Of a DNA stretch of 64,000 nt, positions 45,910 to 56,091 are shown one piece after another; positions within the stretch are counted from its first letter, which is position 1, and the number at the start of each line of letters is the position of its first letter. This stretch comes from an uncultured virus (IMG/VR IMGVR_UViG_3300038679_000356) (Duplodnaviria > Heunggongvirae > Uroviricota > Caudoviricetes). The DNA lies in IMG/VR virus record IMGVR_UViG_3300038679_000356; one strand, 5' to 3'. A program made the translations under genes and the position numbers. Below the pieces are notes generated by a model. It had not been told where the DNA came from. It saw only the letters and a program-made list of their open reading frames with translations, and made no database searches.

Positions 45910-46986
45910 TTATTTTTCTTTCCGACGACGACTGATTCCATTAATTCTACGAAGCATTCTAAAAAGCGCTTCATCGGGACGACTGCCTTCTTCGTGAAAA
46001 ACCCACAGAAGCCCCATACCGGGAGGAATCATCGCCTTATTGAATATGGTTATCGCTCTTTCAAAAATGTCCAGGACCGCATTCAAATCGTTAAGTTCCA
46101 TCCGGTCCGCACACGACAATTGAAAGAGATTATCTAACATATCCTTGGCTTCAATTGTCAATGTCGGCTGATTACGGCTCCATGAATATGCCGCCGCTAT
46201 CGCATCTTCTATCCACGACACGAAATTAGGATTGAGGATCACACCATAGATGAAGAACACTTTGCAGCATTCATTGCTAAGATTGGTGGACAAACTCGTT
46301 TGAGCAGACATTGAGGAAGCTGACTTTCTGGCTATTCCATTCGTTGCCAGGAAGTTTTCCAGATCACGATATGAGGCGTCTCCAGGTGCAGATTTTGTCA
46401 TATCTAAATAAGCGTTGCATGCCGCCTTCAAGACTTTTTGACTTGATGGCGAAGGAACTTTTAACGATTTCCACATTCTGTTGTAAGCGAACATTGTCGC
46501 AAATTCGATAGCATTCTCGTCGATTACTGTATCGCCAATCGTTATTTCTCCGATTTGTTCTGATAACTCGGAAAGAATACCGCCCATTGCCTTGGCGGCA
46601 TTAAATTCATGACGATGAAGATGCTTGAGTATGATGTCTTCCGTTTCCTGCGAAACCATGAAAGTGGAAGATATCTTAGACTGTTTTTTCCCTGTAGCAA
46701 AGTATACCAGTTTTGACAGCTTATCTTCATCATTAACGAAAATATCCCTGACAACGGTCAAGTCACGCATCGCTCTTACCGCGTTCTTGATTTGATCAAG
46801 GGGAAATTCTCCATATTCATCTTTCAATTCTTTCGTAAGCTGCATATGAAGCTTTCGACCACCAAGCGAAATCCCGCCGTCAGTATTGCATAGAGCGCAA
46901 GCAACTTTACGAAGCCGAGCAAGAAATGTTGCGGGGATCATCTTCATTGCGCACCAGCCTTTGGCGGCATCGCCAATGATAAACAT
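45910..46986 (-). CDS. Hypothetical protein (likely start MKMIP near 46947)
   Basis: Long ORF; ATGA coupling to the upstream stop. Confidence 0.65.
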   Translation of the reverse strand: MFIIGDAAKGWCAMKMIPATFLARLRKVACALCNTDGGISLGGRKLHMQLTKELKDEYGEFPLDQIKNAVRAMRDLTVVRDIFVNDEDKLSKLVYFATGKKQSKISSTFMVSQETEDIILKHLHRHEFNAAKAMGGILSELSEQIGEITIGDTVIDENAIEFATMFAYNRMWKSLKVPSPSSQKVLKAACNAYLDMTKSAPGDASYRDLENFLATNGIARKSASSMSAQTSLSTNLSNECCKVFFIYGVILNPNFVSWIEDAIAAAYSWSRNQPTLTIEAKDMLDNLFQLSCADRMELNDLNAVLDIFERAITIFNKAMIPPGMGLLWVFHEEGSRPDEALFRMLRRINGISRRRKEK

Positions 46987-48023
46987 ATTTCCGTCAATGC
47001 TTCTGACACTGTCTTACCATCGGCTTTATCGACAATCTTGTCAGAAGTAAAAATGCATTGATACCCATCAGCGGTACGATTGAAGGATACCTTACCATTG
47101 AGCTTTAGATCGTCGCAAACACGTTGCAATAACTTGGATGCCTCTGGAACTGAACCGTAGAAATTTGGTGCCTTGTCTGCCTTTTTCCCTTTACTGGTAA
47201 GAAAATGATCGCCGTCCTTTTTCCACCCTAATATTGTGAGGGCAGCCAGGGTATTTCTCTCTTCTCCGGTCATTGCATCATCCTTTTTCTTTTCTACGTT
47301 ATTAGCACGGGAATATATGCAATGGTTACGGCTATTCAATATTTTTTTCAATTCCCGTAGAATCTTATTGATGCTTTTGTTTATTGCCTGGGCGCTTACC
47401 CCCATCTCATCACCTATTTCCGCCATGGTCATTGGAGGATGCCCAGACATTCCAAATCGCATCTCTATTATCCGCCTTTTTTTCTCAGGCAAGAGTCCGA
47501 CAACATCGGCAAGCTCATCAATCAGACCGTCATCCTGATTGTCTTTCGACTCTTGTATATTCTCTATTTCCATTGAATCTATTGTGCGTATGGACATCGC
47601 ACTCTTTATTCTTGAAAAAACCTTTTCAGATACACCTATATCAGACGCCTGGACCGCCCCACTGTTGACCGTTCGTTTGATCAACTTTTTCATCCTTGAT
47701 GGCAATCTGATTAATGTCATCCGACTATCAGTAAAGTTACTAAGTTGCCCCTTCACTTCGTTCGATAGCACAGAAGAAAATTTAGCCCCTCTCAAGGAGC
47801 AATATCTTATTGTGGCAGCATACGTCGCAGACAAGGCAACAGCATTTATCTCAGCATCTGTCATCAACCATGAAGGACATACTTGTGAGTATATCTTTCG
47901 TACCAATTGGATGTGACGCTCGGTAAGCTCGATAAGATACTTCTCATCGCCAGTTTCCGAATACATCCCAACTAGTTCGCTGTCAGTTGCCGGATTTAGA
48001 TCGTCTCTTCCGACAAGCCGCAT
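46944..48023 (-). CDS. Sigma70-family RNA polymerase sigma factor with C-terminal extension
   Basis: Region 2 (L.ERHIQLVRKI...GAKFSS), IRLP, region 4 (LPEKKRRIIEMRFGM...TMAEIG..MGVS.QAI); an extra ~110-aa domain follows. Confidence 0.85.
   Translation of the reverse strand: MRLVGRDDLNPATDSELVGMYSETGDEKYLIELTERHIQLVRKIYSQVCPSWLMTDAEINAVALSATYAATIRYCSLRGAKFSSVLSNEVKGQLSNFTDSRMTLIRLPSRMKKLIKRTVNSGAVQASDIGVSEKVFSRIKSAMSIRTIDSMEIENIQESKDNQDDGLIDELADVVGLLPEKKRRIIEMRFGMSGHPPMTMAEIGDEMGVSAQAINKSINKILRELKKILNSRNHCIYSRANNVEKKKDDAMTGEERNTLAALTILGWKKDGDHFLTSKGKKADKAPNFYGSVPEASKLLQRVCDDLKLNGKVSFNRTADGYQCIFTSDKIVDKADGKTVSEALTEICLSLAMPPKAGAQ
47312..47339 (-). promoter_or_regulatory. Promoter TTGAAT-N16-TATATT inside the sigma ORF
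   Basis: Direct read; followed by AAGGA and an in-frame ATG (MTGEERN) at 47273. Confidence 0.65.
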
Positions 48024-49213
48024 CGTTTAACTCCAATCGCTTCCATCATTCTCATTGCGACATGTTTCCGAGCGGCTCGCTCTGTAGTTGGCTTTGAGCC
48101 ACGCATAAGACGAGATACTTCATTCATGAAATATTCACGGAATGACATCGGACCATTTTCCAAGCACGAGAAAAGATAGGGCGGGCAAACAGACGACTTT
48201 GCCATCTTAGCAAATTCTCCTCTGAGTGTCCGATCGTTTTTCACCTCATCAAGAACAAACTTTGAGGTAATATCCTGCATTTCAAGCTCAGCCTGCTTGA
48301 TGTAGGGGATCGTTTTTTCTTTAATGCGATCGATATAAACCTTGAAATAAGGTAAGTACGACAAAAGTTCTTCTTCTTCTCCCGTCATCACCAGCTCAAA
48401 CATGGAGCGGGTTGAGCAGGCTTTGTCTCGGATATGAGCGATTGCAACGTAGCTTGGATTTTTCACCTTGACTCGATAATGGCTGTTGCACGGCAAGCTC
48501 CACGAGTAATCAACGCAAACATACCCTTCATCGACGACTCTCGGAAGATCGGCAGCCATCTTTGCTACAGATTCAAGAGAAGTGAAGCTGTAATACTTAG
48601 GTGTTTTAACACCCATCTTTTCAGCCAATACATTCAATACTGGTAAATCAACCTCCGCGTGGTCAATGTTTCTCCGAGCGGTTAAAAGATATAAATCCGG
48701 AAAGTCGTATGGAGTGACAATGGTAGTCTCAGGCGAGACCAACTCAAAAACATAGTTCATTTCATCGAGCGTTCCCTTATGGAAATTAGGGTGCCTGGCT
48801 ACCGCCTTGTCGAAAACGTCCTTAAATGTTGTTCCCTCAATGTTTGTCGGTCCGCTACCACCGATCATGGATCTTGTAGACATCAATCGACGTCCCTTAT
48901 ACATGAAATAATGAATAAGAGAACCATCGATTTTTTCCAGCGCATACGAATTGTCCAGGTTCAATTCTAACGGCTCACCTTCACCGTAATTGAAAAACCG
49001 ATAGAACGTCATGGAAACAAGATCCCACGTCCCTTCCTCAAGAATCGTAGAGCGACACTCCATAACTATCGGGTCATTTTTTACAGACTCGATTTGATCG
49101 TAATTGAGTACAACAAGTCCTTCCGCTTTTTTTGCGGAGACATGATATTCACGATCCAAGTCTTCCAGAGACTTCCCGGAACGAAGGTAAGATTGTACCT
49201 TTAACTCTTGCAT
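47996..49213 (-). CDS. RNA ligase, T4 Rnl1 family
   Basis: ECR..ILE, RFFNYGE, motif I EKIDGSLI, FELVSP, EGYV, RVKVK..Y. Confidence 0.9.
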   Translation of the reverse strand: MQELKVQSYLRSGKSLEDLDREYHVSAKKAEGLVVLNYDQIESVKNDPIVMECRSTILEEGTWDLVSMTFYRFFNYGEGEPLELNLDNSYALEKIDGSLIHYFMYKGRRLMSTRSMIGGSGPTNIEGTTFKDVFDKAVARHPNFHKGTLDEMNYVFELVSPETTIVTPYDFPDLYLLTARRNIDHAEVDLPVLNVLAEKMGVKTPKYYSFTSLESVAKMAADLPRVVDEGYVCVDYSWSLPCNSHYRVKVKNPSYVAIAHIRDKACSTRSMFELVMTGEEEELLSYLPYFKVYIDRIKEKTIPYIKQAELEMQDITSKFVLDEVKNDRTLRGEFAKMAKSSVCPPYLFSCLENGPMSFREYFMNEVSRLMRGSKPTTERAARKHVAMRMMEAIGVKRCGLSEETI

Positions 49214-49263
49214 AAATGGCTCTCTTTTGGTTATAAGCGTACTTAATGATCTTGGTTACTTGA

Positions 49264-49291
49264 AATATATACCAAATAAAATATAATTCAA
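49264..49291 (-). promoter_or_regulatory. Promoter TTGAAT-N16-TATATT
   Basis: Direct read, upstream of the RNA ligase. Confidence 0.75.
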
Positions 49292-49295
49292 GCAA

Positions 49296-49721
49296 TCAAC
49301 CAGCGCCTATCTTAATCATAAGTACGTCTAAGACGAACTGCCTACAGTCTGCCTTTGAGATGGACTTATCGTGCTTGTCTATCTCCACGTAAAATTTCTC
49401 AGACACCTCTTCGACAAACGTACTGATTTTTTCTTTACGCCAACGGTCAATAATCGCCAATAGATTTCCGCCAGAACAAACATACCCAAAAAGTTGTTCG
49501 TCTTTAATTTCCTCTCGCAACGCCCGGATGTCGGAGATGATGTCTTTAACGTTCAATTTACTGCCTGCAGTCACGTCAGGAAAATCATCTTTTTCCATGA
49601 TCCGACTGATTTTTTCAAAGAGCGTCCTGGACTGAGCCTTAAAGATAATGTCTGAACTTGCCGTCATAAAATCAATCCTTTTTCTTGAAAAAGTTAAAAG
49701 CGTAATATACCAACATGACAA
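49296..49721 (-). CDS. Hypothetical protein (likely start MTASS)
   Basis: ORF with AAGGA upstream of the internal ATG. Confidence 0.55.
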   Translation of the reverse strand: MSCWYITLLTFSRKRIDFMTASSDIIFKAQSRTLFEKISRIMEKDDFPDVTAGSKLNVKDIISDIRALREEIKDEQLFGYVCSGGNLLAIIDRWRKEKISTFVEEVSEKFYVEIDKHDKSISKADCRQFVLDVLMIKIGAG

Positions 49722-49781
49722 ACATGATTGCTGTTGCTATTTTTTCCTGTATGCTCATTCTGTTATTATACAATCTTTTGT

Positions 49782-50918
49782 CTATCTTTTCCAAATTCGT
49801 TTACGCCGAGGTGATTCTTCGTCGAACTGATTATTGATCACAATAAACAAACAAGCGAATGTTACCATTCCAGTTAACGCATATATGGCGAGAATCCATT
49901 TCCAGTCCAATTGCACCGAAAGATAAGAAAAATCCTTGAATTGCTTTCTCACCCATTTTGATTCAGCTTGAGTTGCAATAATTTTTGCCGCCAATTCTGC
50001 GTCGAAAATTTTCATTTTATTGATTTCATCTCGTATCCCGATCTTCAATTCCTCAACTGGCGTCCAGGAGAACACGTAAACCCATTGAACTTCTTTGTTT
50101 TTTAAGCCAACACAAACAACCAATTCGTTCTTATTTCCACCTTTCCAGTACGATTCTTGTTCAATACCAGCTTCAATAGGTTGATCATTGAACAGTAACA
50201 TCCACATTCTAATTTGCTTTCTCGCCCCTAATGCAGCGTTGGCAGCAGATAAGGAAAAATCAGCAGAACTATACCTATCGCATACGCCAAGAATAGATGG
50301 ACAAGTATAACCATCTTCTGCGAACTTAGGGTAGTTATAAAGATTGTACTTCCCAGGATCTACTGGTTGAAATTTAAACACGCTGTTTGACGATTGAACT
50401 CGATTCTCATATGAATGAATGCTCGTCACCACTTCAATCGTTCGTATATCTCCCTTCCACTCAGATACATATTTATTGCCGTCTCGACTATGATATCTTC
50501 TATTCATCTCAACAAACTTGCGGTTTCCCCATCTCGACACAAGTGACTCAAATAGATCTTCGGAAATTATTCTTTCCGATCCTGATGAATCAGTAAAATA
50601 CCATTTCTCATGATGATGCTTTACATAGGAGCAATCATATGATTCGGTGCGAGCATTTTTCCCTGAGCCAACTGTTCTGGTACATCTTTTGTATATGTAT
50701 TCATCCCATGGTTCCTCATACGAGGCACTAACAACATAAGACGTCCAATATTCCTCGTCCTTGGCAATGAAGGACTCCGCCGTAAACTTTGCGATAAACA
50801 AAGAAACCACCGGCACGGCAAGCAATATGGCAAATTCCCACCACAGCACCTTGCTCTGATGAAAAAAATATGCATAAATTGCCGCAAGAAACGGAATTGC
50901 TATTGCGCCGTATTCCAT
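49782..50918 (-). CDS. Membrane protein (2 N-terminal TM + 1 C-terminal TM), partner of the LemA-like gene
   Basis: Hydrophobic helices; W.GGNKNELVVCVG motif. Confidence 0.7.
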   Translation of the reverse strand: MEYGAIAIPFLAAIYAYFFHQSKVLWWEFAILLAVPVVSLFIAKFTAESFIAKDEEYWTSYVVSASYEEPWDEYIYKRCTRTVGSGKNARTESYDCSYVKHHHEKWYFTDSSGSERIISEDLFESLVSRWGNRKFVEMNRRYHSRDGNKYVSEWKGDIRTIEVVTSIHSYENRVQSSNSVFKFQPVDPGKYNLYNYPKFAEDGYTCPSILGVCDRYSSADFSLSAANAALGARKQIRMWMLLFNDQPIEAGIEQESYWKGGNKNELVVCVGLKNKEVQWVYVFSWTPVEELKIGIRDEINKMKIFDAELAAKIIATQAESKWVRKQFKDFSYLSVQLDWKWILAIYALTGMVTFACLFIVINNQFDEESPRRKRIWKR

Positions 50919-50925
50919 AGTTTGC

Positions 50926-51462
50926 TCAGCGTTGGAACACGTTCACATCATCATCCTTGCCCGTCTCATAAGCAGTTTCTGTCCTTGATGAGGTGATGAT
51001 GACAACATTGAATTCTGGACGAGCACCGACAACAAGAGACGAGGGAAAGGTCATCCGCATATCATCGTGCTCGCGCTTCAAATCAAGGAGAGTCTTTTGT
51101 TCCCTGGTGAATACAGCTCTTTTAGCCTCAATCGCTGAAGAAAGATCCTTATACAATGAAACGTCAAAGGTAGGATTCGCCTCATTAACAAATTTCATCA
51201 GGGCACCACCTTTTTCATTGCCGTATCGCCCCTCCATCAAAGCCGGGAAAATCTCCCTAAATGCCTCTTTATAACTGTCTGTGACCTGTGCTTTTTGAGC
51301 GATCACCTTCCATGTTTCATCATATACCGCTTTGCACACTTTTTGTTGATTCTCAAGCCGATTGCGACACCTGATTTCACCGTTAGACGTGCTAATCCAC
51401 AGCATTGCAACAATTGCCGCAAGGATGATCACACCGATAATAGAAACGACTGCGATTTTCAT
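50926..51462 (-). CDS. LemA-like membrane-anchored coiled-coil protein
   Basis: N-terminal TM; YD..WK.I.QKAQV, E.NP.FD.SLY, FPS. Confidence 0.65.
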   Translation of the reverse strand: MKIAVVSIIGVIILAAIVAMLWISTSNGEIRCRNRLENQQKVCKAVYDETWKVIAQKAQVTDSYKEAFREIFPALMEGRYGNEKGGALMKFVNEANPTFDVSLYKDLSSAIEAKRAVFTREQKTLLDLKREHDDMRMTFPSSLVVGARPEFNVVIITSSRTETAYETGKDDDVNVFQR

Positions 51463-51890
51463 ACTTTTTCTCCTTCAATTAAAATCAAATTGTTATGGCT
51501 ACAATCAAAATATCCGCCCACCTCAACAGGGATATCATCCAATGAATCTAAGTTGTTATGGCTACAATCAAAAAATCCACCTACTCTCGTTGGGCATCCA
51601 TTCAATGAAGTTAATTGATTTTGACTGCAATTAAAATTACCACTTACTCTCGTTGGACCACCTTTTAATGAAGTCAATCGATTGTAACGGCAATTAAAAT
51701 TACCATTTACTTCTATGGGACATCCTTCCAATGAAGTTAATTCGTTACAACTACAATCAAAATCGCCATTGATTATTCCAAACTTAAATGGAATCTCTGA
51801 ACCTAATATTATAGATAGATCGATGCGCATGTCGAAATTCCAACGCCCGTCTACTTCCTTGCCATATTTCTTCAAATCTTCAAAATTCAT
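51459..51890 (-). CDS. Leucine-rich repeat protein (22-aa F.CS.N.LTSLxG.P repeats)
   Basis: About 4.5 tandem 66-nt units. Confidence 0.85.
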   Translation of the reverse strand: MNFEDLKKYGKEVDGRWNFDMRIDLSIILGSEIPFKFGIINGDFDCSCNELTSLEGCPIEVNGNFNCRYNRLTSLKGGPTRVSGNFNCSQNQLTSLNGCPTRVGGFFDCSHNNLDSLDDIPVEVGGYFDCSHNNLILIEGEKV

Positions 51891-53050
51891 GCATCACCAC
51901 CAGTTCCTTTCGCGCTAATCAATAGCTTCCTGAACTGATATTCATCGATCGAATAGCTATGACCAAGAAAAAAATCTGGATTAACCTCTATTCCATACTT
52001 CAATCTCTGCAAAGCATGTGGAACAATCAACTCAGCCGTTGCCCTTTCTGAGCACAATTTGACAATTTCTGGATTCCTAATATCGACTTTAACAAGCGTC
52101 ATGTACTTCTTAGCAGTCAACACGTCAGAGAAGCTGTCGTAAAACTGTAAGGGAAGACCGTCTGCCAGCGTCCGAACAGCCCATACTAGTTCGCTATGCT
52201 CTTCGACGTTATATCGCGTCTCAGCTTCCTGGAGATACGCCAACATATCTGGAGAATCAAGAGCGATAGGACACTTTTCTAACCTTTGCAATGGGCGAAC
52301 TGTGCCGTATGGCGATCCTTTATCCCAATGGAATTCATCAAACGTATAGGTCTCACTAAATTTTCTCCTGGAAATGATAAACGATTGCCTCTCCCGGTTA
52401 TACACTCCAATTTGAGCATTCCTAGCCGATATCCAATATAGGAAGCCATCAACACAAGCACTGTCAGGAATGTTGTTTACCGCATTCTGCCAATCAATCT
52501 TGTGCATCCTGGACTTTCTCTGATCCATGACGTCCTTCATTTCATAAAAGGATACGGGACGAAACCTCCAGGCGTCAACGCCAATATCGGCAATCTTTAG
52601 TTCCTGCCATTCCACCGATGAATATTGAGGATATTGATGAAGTCCGTTATGGCAATGTCCATGAAGCATCCATGATCCATGAACGGCTTTATCCCAGGAA
52701 AAAATTGGATAATGGTAAATATGGACCGGGACACCATGAATTGCCTTTCGAACTTCGACCTGAACTGTTTTCCACTCTGGACACTCAACAACCACGTCAG
52801 AATCGTGATTTCCGACGATCAAATGTTTTTCACCATTCAGGCTGCGAAGCAGCTCCCCAACGGAAGCTGCATCTTTCCTTTTGACAAACATGAAGTCACC
52901 ACCAACATAAACTGTATCTTCTTTCTTGACGTGAAGATTCCAGTTGGTGATCATCGCACGGTTCATTTCGTCCTTATCCTTAAAAGGACGAAAGCAATAT
53001 CGAATGATATTGGCGTGATCAAAATGATTGTCGGCGGTAAAAAAGATCAT
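51887..53050 (-). CDS. Calcineurin-like metallophosphoesterase with C-terminal extension
   Basis: FFTADNHFDH.NII..C.RPF, GGDF, GNHD, HYP, LHGHCH, DIGVD. Confidence 0.9.
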   Translation of the reverse strand: MIFFTADNHFDHANIIRYCFRPFKDKDEMNRAMITNWNLHVKKEDTVYVGGDFMFVKRKDAASVGELLRSLNGEKHLIVGNHDSDVVVECPEWKTVQVEVRKAIHGVPVHIYHYPIFSWDKAVHGSWMLHGHCHNGLHQYPQYSSVEWQELKIADIGVDAWRFRPVSFYEMKDVMDQRKSRMHKIDWQNAVNNIPDSACVDGFLYWISARNAQIGVYNRERQSFIISRRKFSETYTFDEFHWDKGSPYGTVRPLQRLEKCPIALDSPDMLAYLQEAETRYNVEEHSELVWAVRTLADGLPLQFYDSFSDVLTAKKYMTLVKVDIRNPEIVKLCSERATAELIVPHALQRLKYGIEVNPDFFLGHSYSIDEYQFRKLLISAKGTGGDA

Positions 53051-53244
53051 TTTCTGATAATTTCCACTGGTTGGTTAGACTTGATGTATGCTTCGGCGTT
53101 TTTCTTGCAAATCCATGTCGTCATCAACATGGCAACCAAAAAAATCAAAATGTAGGATACTCGTACGGCAGTCCTCATTTCTGCAAGAGCACGATCCAAT
53201 GCAATGACTGTATCTTCCAAATCTTTCATTTTTTCGTCACTCAT
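53047..53244 (-). CDS. Small membrane protein
   Basis: One TM; AGGAG RBS; ATGA coupling. Confidence 0.55.
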   Translation of the reverse strand: MSDEKMKDLEDTVIALDRALAEMRTAVRVSYILIFLVAMLMTTWICKKNAEAYIKSNQPVEIIRK

Positions 53245-53284
53245 AACTTCTCCTGTTGTTTATCATACCAAATGCGGCATGTAG

Positions 53285-54094
53285 TTATTTTGTATCGACA
53301 GTTGGCTCTTCATCATTAAAGATAACTCCAACTATGTTTGTCACAGTTACAAGTGGAGGCATATCTAACAATACAACAACGCTCCTGGAAAATTTGGTAA
53401 TACCAATCGTTCGAGCCTGATGCTTTTCTGGCAGCTTTTCCAATTCCGCAGGATCAATTTCATTCTCAAACACTTTTCGTCGAACATACGTTCCACGTTT
53501 GAATGCCGCTGGATATTCATGCCAGTTGACACCATTGGGCATCAACATGGCTATCATTGTATCACAACTTTTACCTTGCAGTGACTTGAGAGAAAATTCT
53601 GCTTGCGCCGCCATGCTGACACTGTTTCTTTTCGCATCATTTTCGCGCCAGACAAAAACATTCGTCGCCTCTTGCATGTTGGGGACATTCCACGTCCGAC
53701 AATCAAAGACTGGATCTCTTCCGGATTTCTCTGGAATAGCAGCGGCAATCAACTTATTGAACTTGACTGAAGCCATTGCTGACAAAATGCTGTTCATTTT
53801 ATCAACCCGACCGCCAAAGAACAATTGCGACGATCCAGTCTTTTGAAGCCAACACAAACTGATTTCATCAGATTGTGTATAGCCAATCAACGCCTTGGTC
53901 TCTTCAACGAGATATTTCGTCACCTCAATCATGACTGACGACAACCGTTCATCGAACGGTCTTTTCAACCCTCGCGTAAAGGAATGGAAGCATTTCCCAT
54001 CTAACCTTGAAATTACTGGAAGAAGGGGTATGAGCAATCTCTGATTTGCCCTTTCATAGACCTTCATACGGTCGCCAAGATCATCTTTTGACAT
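53285..54094 (-). CDS. tRNA(His) guanylyltransferase Thg1-like protein (3'-5' polymerase)
   Basis: RMK.YE, RLDGKCFHSFT...RPFD, YTQSDEISL, FDCR, WRE.DA.RNS. Confidence 0.92.
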   Translation of the reverse strand: MSKDDLGDRMKVYERANQRLLIPLLPVISRLDGKCFHSFTRGLKRPFDERLSSVMIEVTKYLVEETKALIGYTQSDEISLCWLQKTGSSQLFFGGRVDKMNSILSAMASVKFNKLIAAAIPEKSGRDPVFDCRTWNVPNMQEATNVFVWRENDAKRNSVSMAAQAEFSLKSLQGKSCDTMIAMLMPNGVNWHEYPAAFKRGTYVRRKVFENEIDPAELEKLPEKHQARTIGITKFSRSVVVLLDMPPLVTVTNIVGVIFNDEEPTVDTK

Positions 54095-54130
54095 GGTGCT
54101 CTCTTCGTTTTGTTCAATTCAATTTGTTAA

Positions 54131-54158
54131 AATATATTCTACGCCATTGGTTTTTCAA
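54131..54158 (-). promoter_or_regulatory. Promoter TTGAAA-N16-TATATT
   Basis: Direct read, upstream of the Thg1-like gene. Confidence 0.7.
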
Positions 54159-54180
54159 TCACCAATCGAAAAATATTCTA

Positions 54181-56091
54181 TCATTGGCGAGAAAGAATTT
54201 GAGCCAACTCCAATTCTCCGATCACAGTCACGCCGAGCTTTTTCGCTTTTTCGCTTTTCTCAGACTTACTGTCTTTATCAGCTTGAATGAGATAAGTCAA
54301 TCCTTTTTTAACCGACGACCACGCCTCGCCACCCTTGGCTTCGATCTCGTCGTAAACTGCTTTTTTGGGGCGAGACAACGATCCAGTAATGCAGAAAGAC
54401 AGACCCTTGAGCGGACCACCCTTTTCGACACAATCTTCTGCCGTGACGTACCGCAATAGATCGTCGATCATTCCAGCGCATCCAGCAAGACCAGTCACAA
54501 ACATCTTTGAGGTGACTTCGCCAATACCATCAAGAGATAGAAAGTCGGAAACCGAAGCAGAGCGAACTGCTTGCAGGCTGACAAATTTCTTCGCGAGTAA
54601 TTTTGACGAGGTGTTTCCAAGATTCTGTATTCCCAAGCCATGCAAGAAAGTAGACAAGGGCAGAATCTTTTTGGATGAAATGGCATCCAAGATCACTCGC
54701 GCCGACTTCTCCCCTCCGGTAATAGGCGTAACATCAGCCATCGTCAACCGATATAGATCGGGAGTTGACTTTAACGCTCCGCTCTCAAACAGAGCAGCTA
54801 CAGTTGCTCCACCAACGCCCTTGAGATCCAATGTCGTGATCCAATTCATGACAGTTTCCATGACCCTGGCGGTACACATCGGATTCATGCAAAGAAGGGT
54901 GGTTCCATCATCAATTGTCGGGGTGCCACATGATGGACAGACGTCCGGATATTCAATTGACGCCTTCCAATCTCCCGGAGGAGGAGGATTAACGACAGCA
55001 ACGACCTGGGGTATGATATCGCCAGCCTTTGAAATTCTAACCGTACACCCCTTCCCATAACCAAGTTCGCGGACTCGGGCGAGGTTATGTAGTGTAGGGC
55101 TAGAAATAACGCTCCCGTCAACCTCAATTGGTTCCAGTTTAGCCACGGGCGTGATTTTTCCAGTGCGTCCAACCTGCCAGGCAATACCAATCGCTTTGGT
55201 TTCTTTTTCCTCTGGAGGAAATTTGTAGGCAACCTTCCAGTTCGGGCATTTTCCGGTCCACCCGTATGCATCAGAATTACATTCGTTGATGGAAAACACC
55301 ATGCCATCAACCTGATATGGCAGACTTAACCTCACGTTTGTTGCTTTTTCGAGAAACTCAGCAACCTTTCCGGGTGGAACTATGGTGTTTTTTACATATG
55401 GAACATGGTTGTTTTTAGCCCATTCTAGCTTTTCCAACTCGGTGTTAAACTTCTTGTCTGCGGGAATAATCTCATAGGCAAGAAATCTCAATCCACGTGA
55501 AGCAGTAACATTCGGATCGGAATTCTTAAAACTACCAGCAGCAGCATTGCGGACGTTGGCAAATAATCGCTTCCCTTTTTCCGCCAACTCTACATTAATT
55601 CGTTTCAACGTTTCCTTTTCCATGAAGACTTCTCCACGGACCTCCCCAGAATAGCCTGGAATTTCCTTCGGAATGTCAACAATGCTCTTAACGTTGGGTA
55701 AAACATCCTTGTTTCCACGTGTCGCAGCAAGAACCAACTTCCCGTTATCGTATTCCAATCTGCAGGATAGCCCGTCCATCTTCGGAGATAGCGCAATCGT
55801 CATTGACAATACCTGTGGAAATTTAGTGCGCATTGACGAATACCAATCTTCTACCGCAGCAGCAGAAAATACTTTGGCAATCGACCCCATTTGCACTTTC
55901 GGAGAAGGTAGGTCGCCCTGATCTGCTTCGCCGACTGAGAAAAGGAGAGGATGAGATGGGGACAGCGAAGCCAACTCTTTCTTCAACTCGTCATAATCCG
56001 CATCTGAAATCTCTGGATCATCTTCATTGTGATAACGATCATCATGATAGGCGATAAGAGCTTCAAGTTCATTAATTCTGTCGGCGCTCAT
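54181..56091 (-). CDS. ligA: NAD-dependent DNA ligase
   Basis: YH...P.ISD..YD, KMDGL, TRG, EVRGE, RNAAAG, DG.V, AYKF, WQVGRTG.ITP, LHN, AGDIIP, Zn finger, HhH, BRCT (FCITG). Confidence 0.96.
   Translation of the reverse strand: MSADRINELEALIAYHDDRYHNEDDPEISDADYDELKKELASLSPSHPLLFSVGEADQGDLPSPKVQMGSIAKVFSAAAVEDWYSSMRTKFPQVLSMTIALSPKMDGLSCRLEYDNGKLVLAATRGNKDVLPNVKSIVDIPKEIPGYSGEVRGEVFMEKETLKRINVELAEKGKRLFANVRNAAAGSFKNSDPNVTASRGLRFLAYEIIPADKKFNTELEKLEWAKNNHVPYVKNTIVPPGKVAEFLEKATNVRLSLPYQVDGMVFSINECNSDAYGWTGKCPNWKVAYKFPPEEKETKAIGIAWQVGRTGKITPVAKLEPIEVDGSVISSPTLHNLARVRELGYGKGCTVRISKAGDIIPQVVAVVNPPPPGDWKASIEYPDVCPSCGTPTIDDGTTLLCMNPMCTARVMETVMNWITTLDLKGVGGATVAALFESGALKSTPDLYRLTMADVTPITGGEKSARVILDAISSKKILPLSTFLHGLGIQNLGNTSSKLLAKKFVSLQAVRSASVSDFLSLDGIGEVTSKMFVTGLAGCAGMIDDLLRYVTAEDCVEKGGPLKGLSFCITGSLSRPKKAVYDEIEAKGGEAWSSVKKGLTYLIQADKDSKSEKSEKAKKLGVTVIGELELAQILSRQ

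Noticed and set aside
54365..55060. Long plus-strand ORFs opposite ligA and other enzyme genes
   Set aside because: They are antisense shadows with no recognisable motifs.
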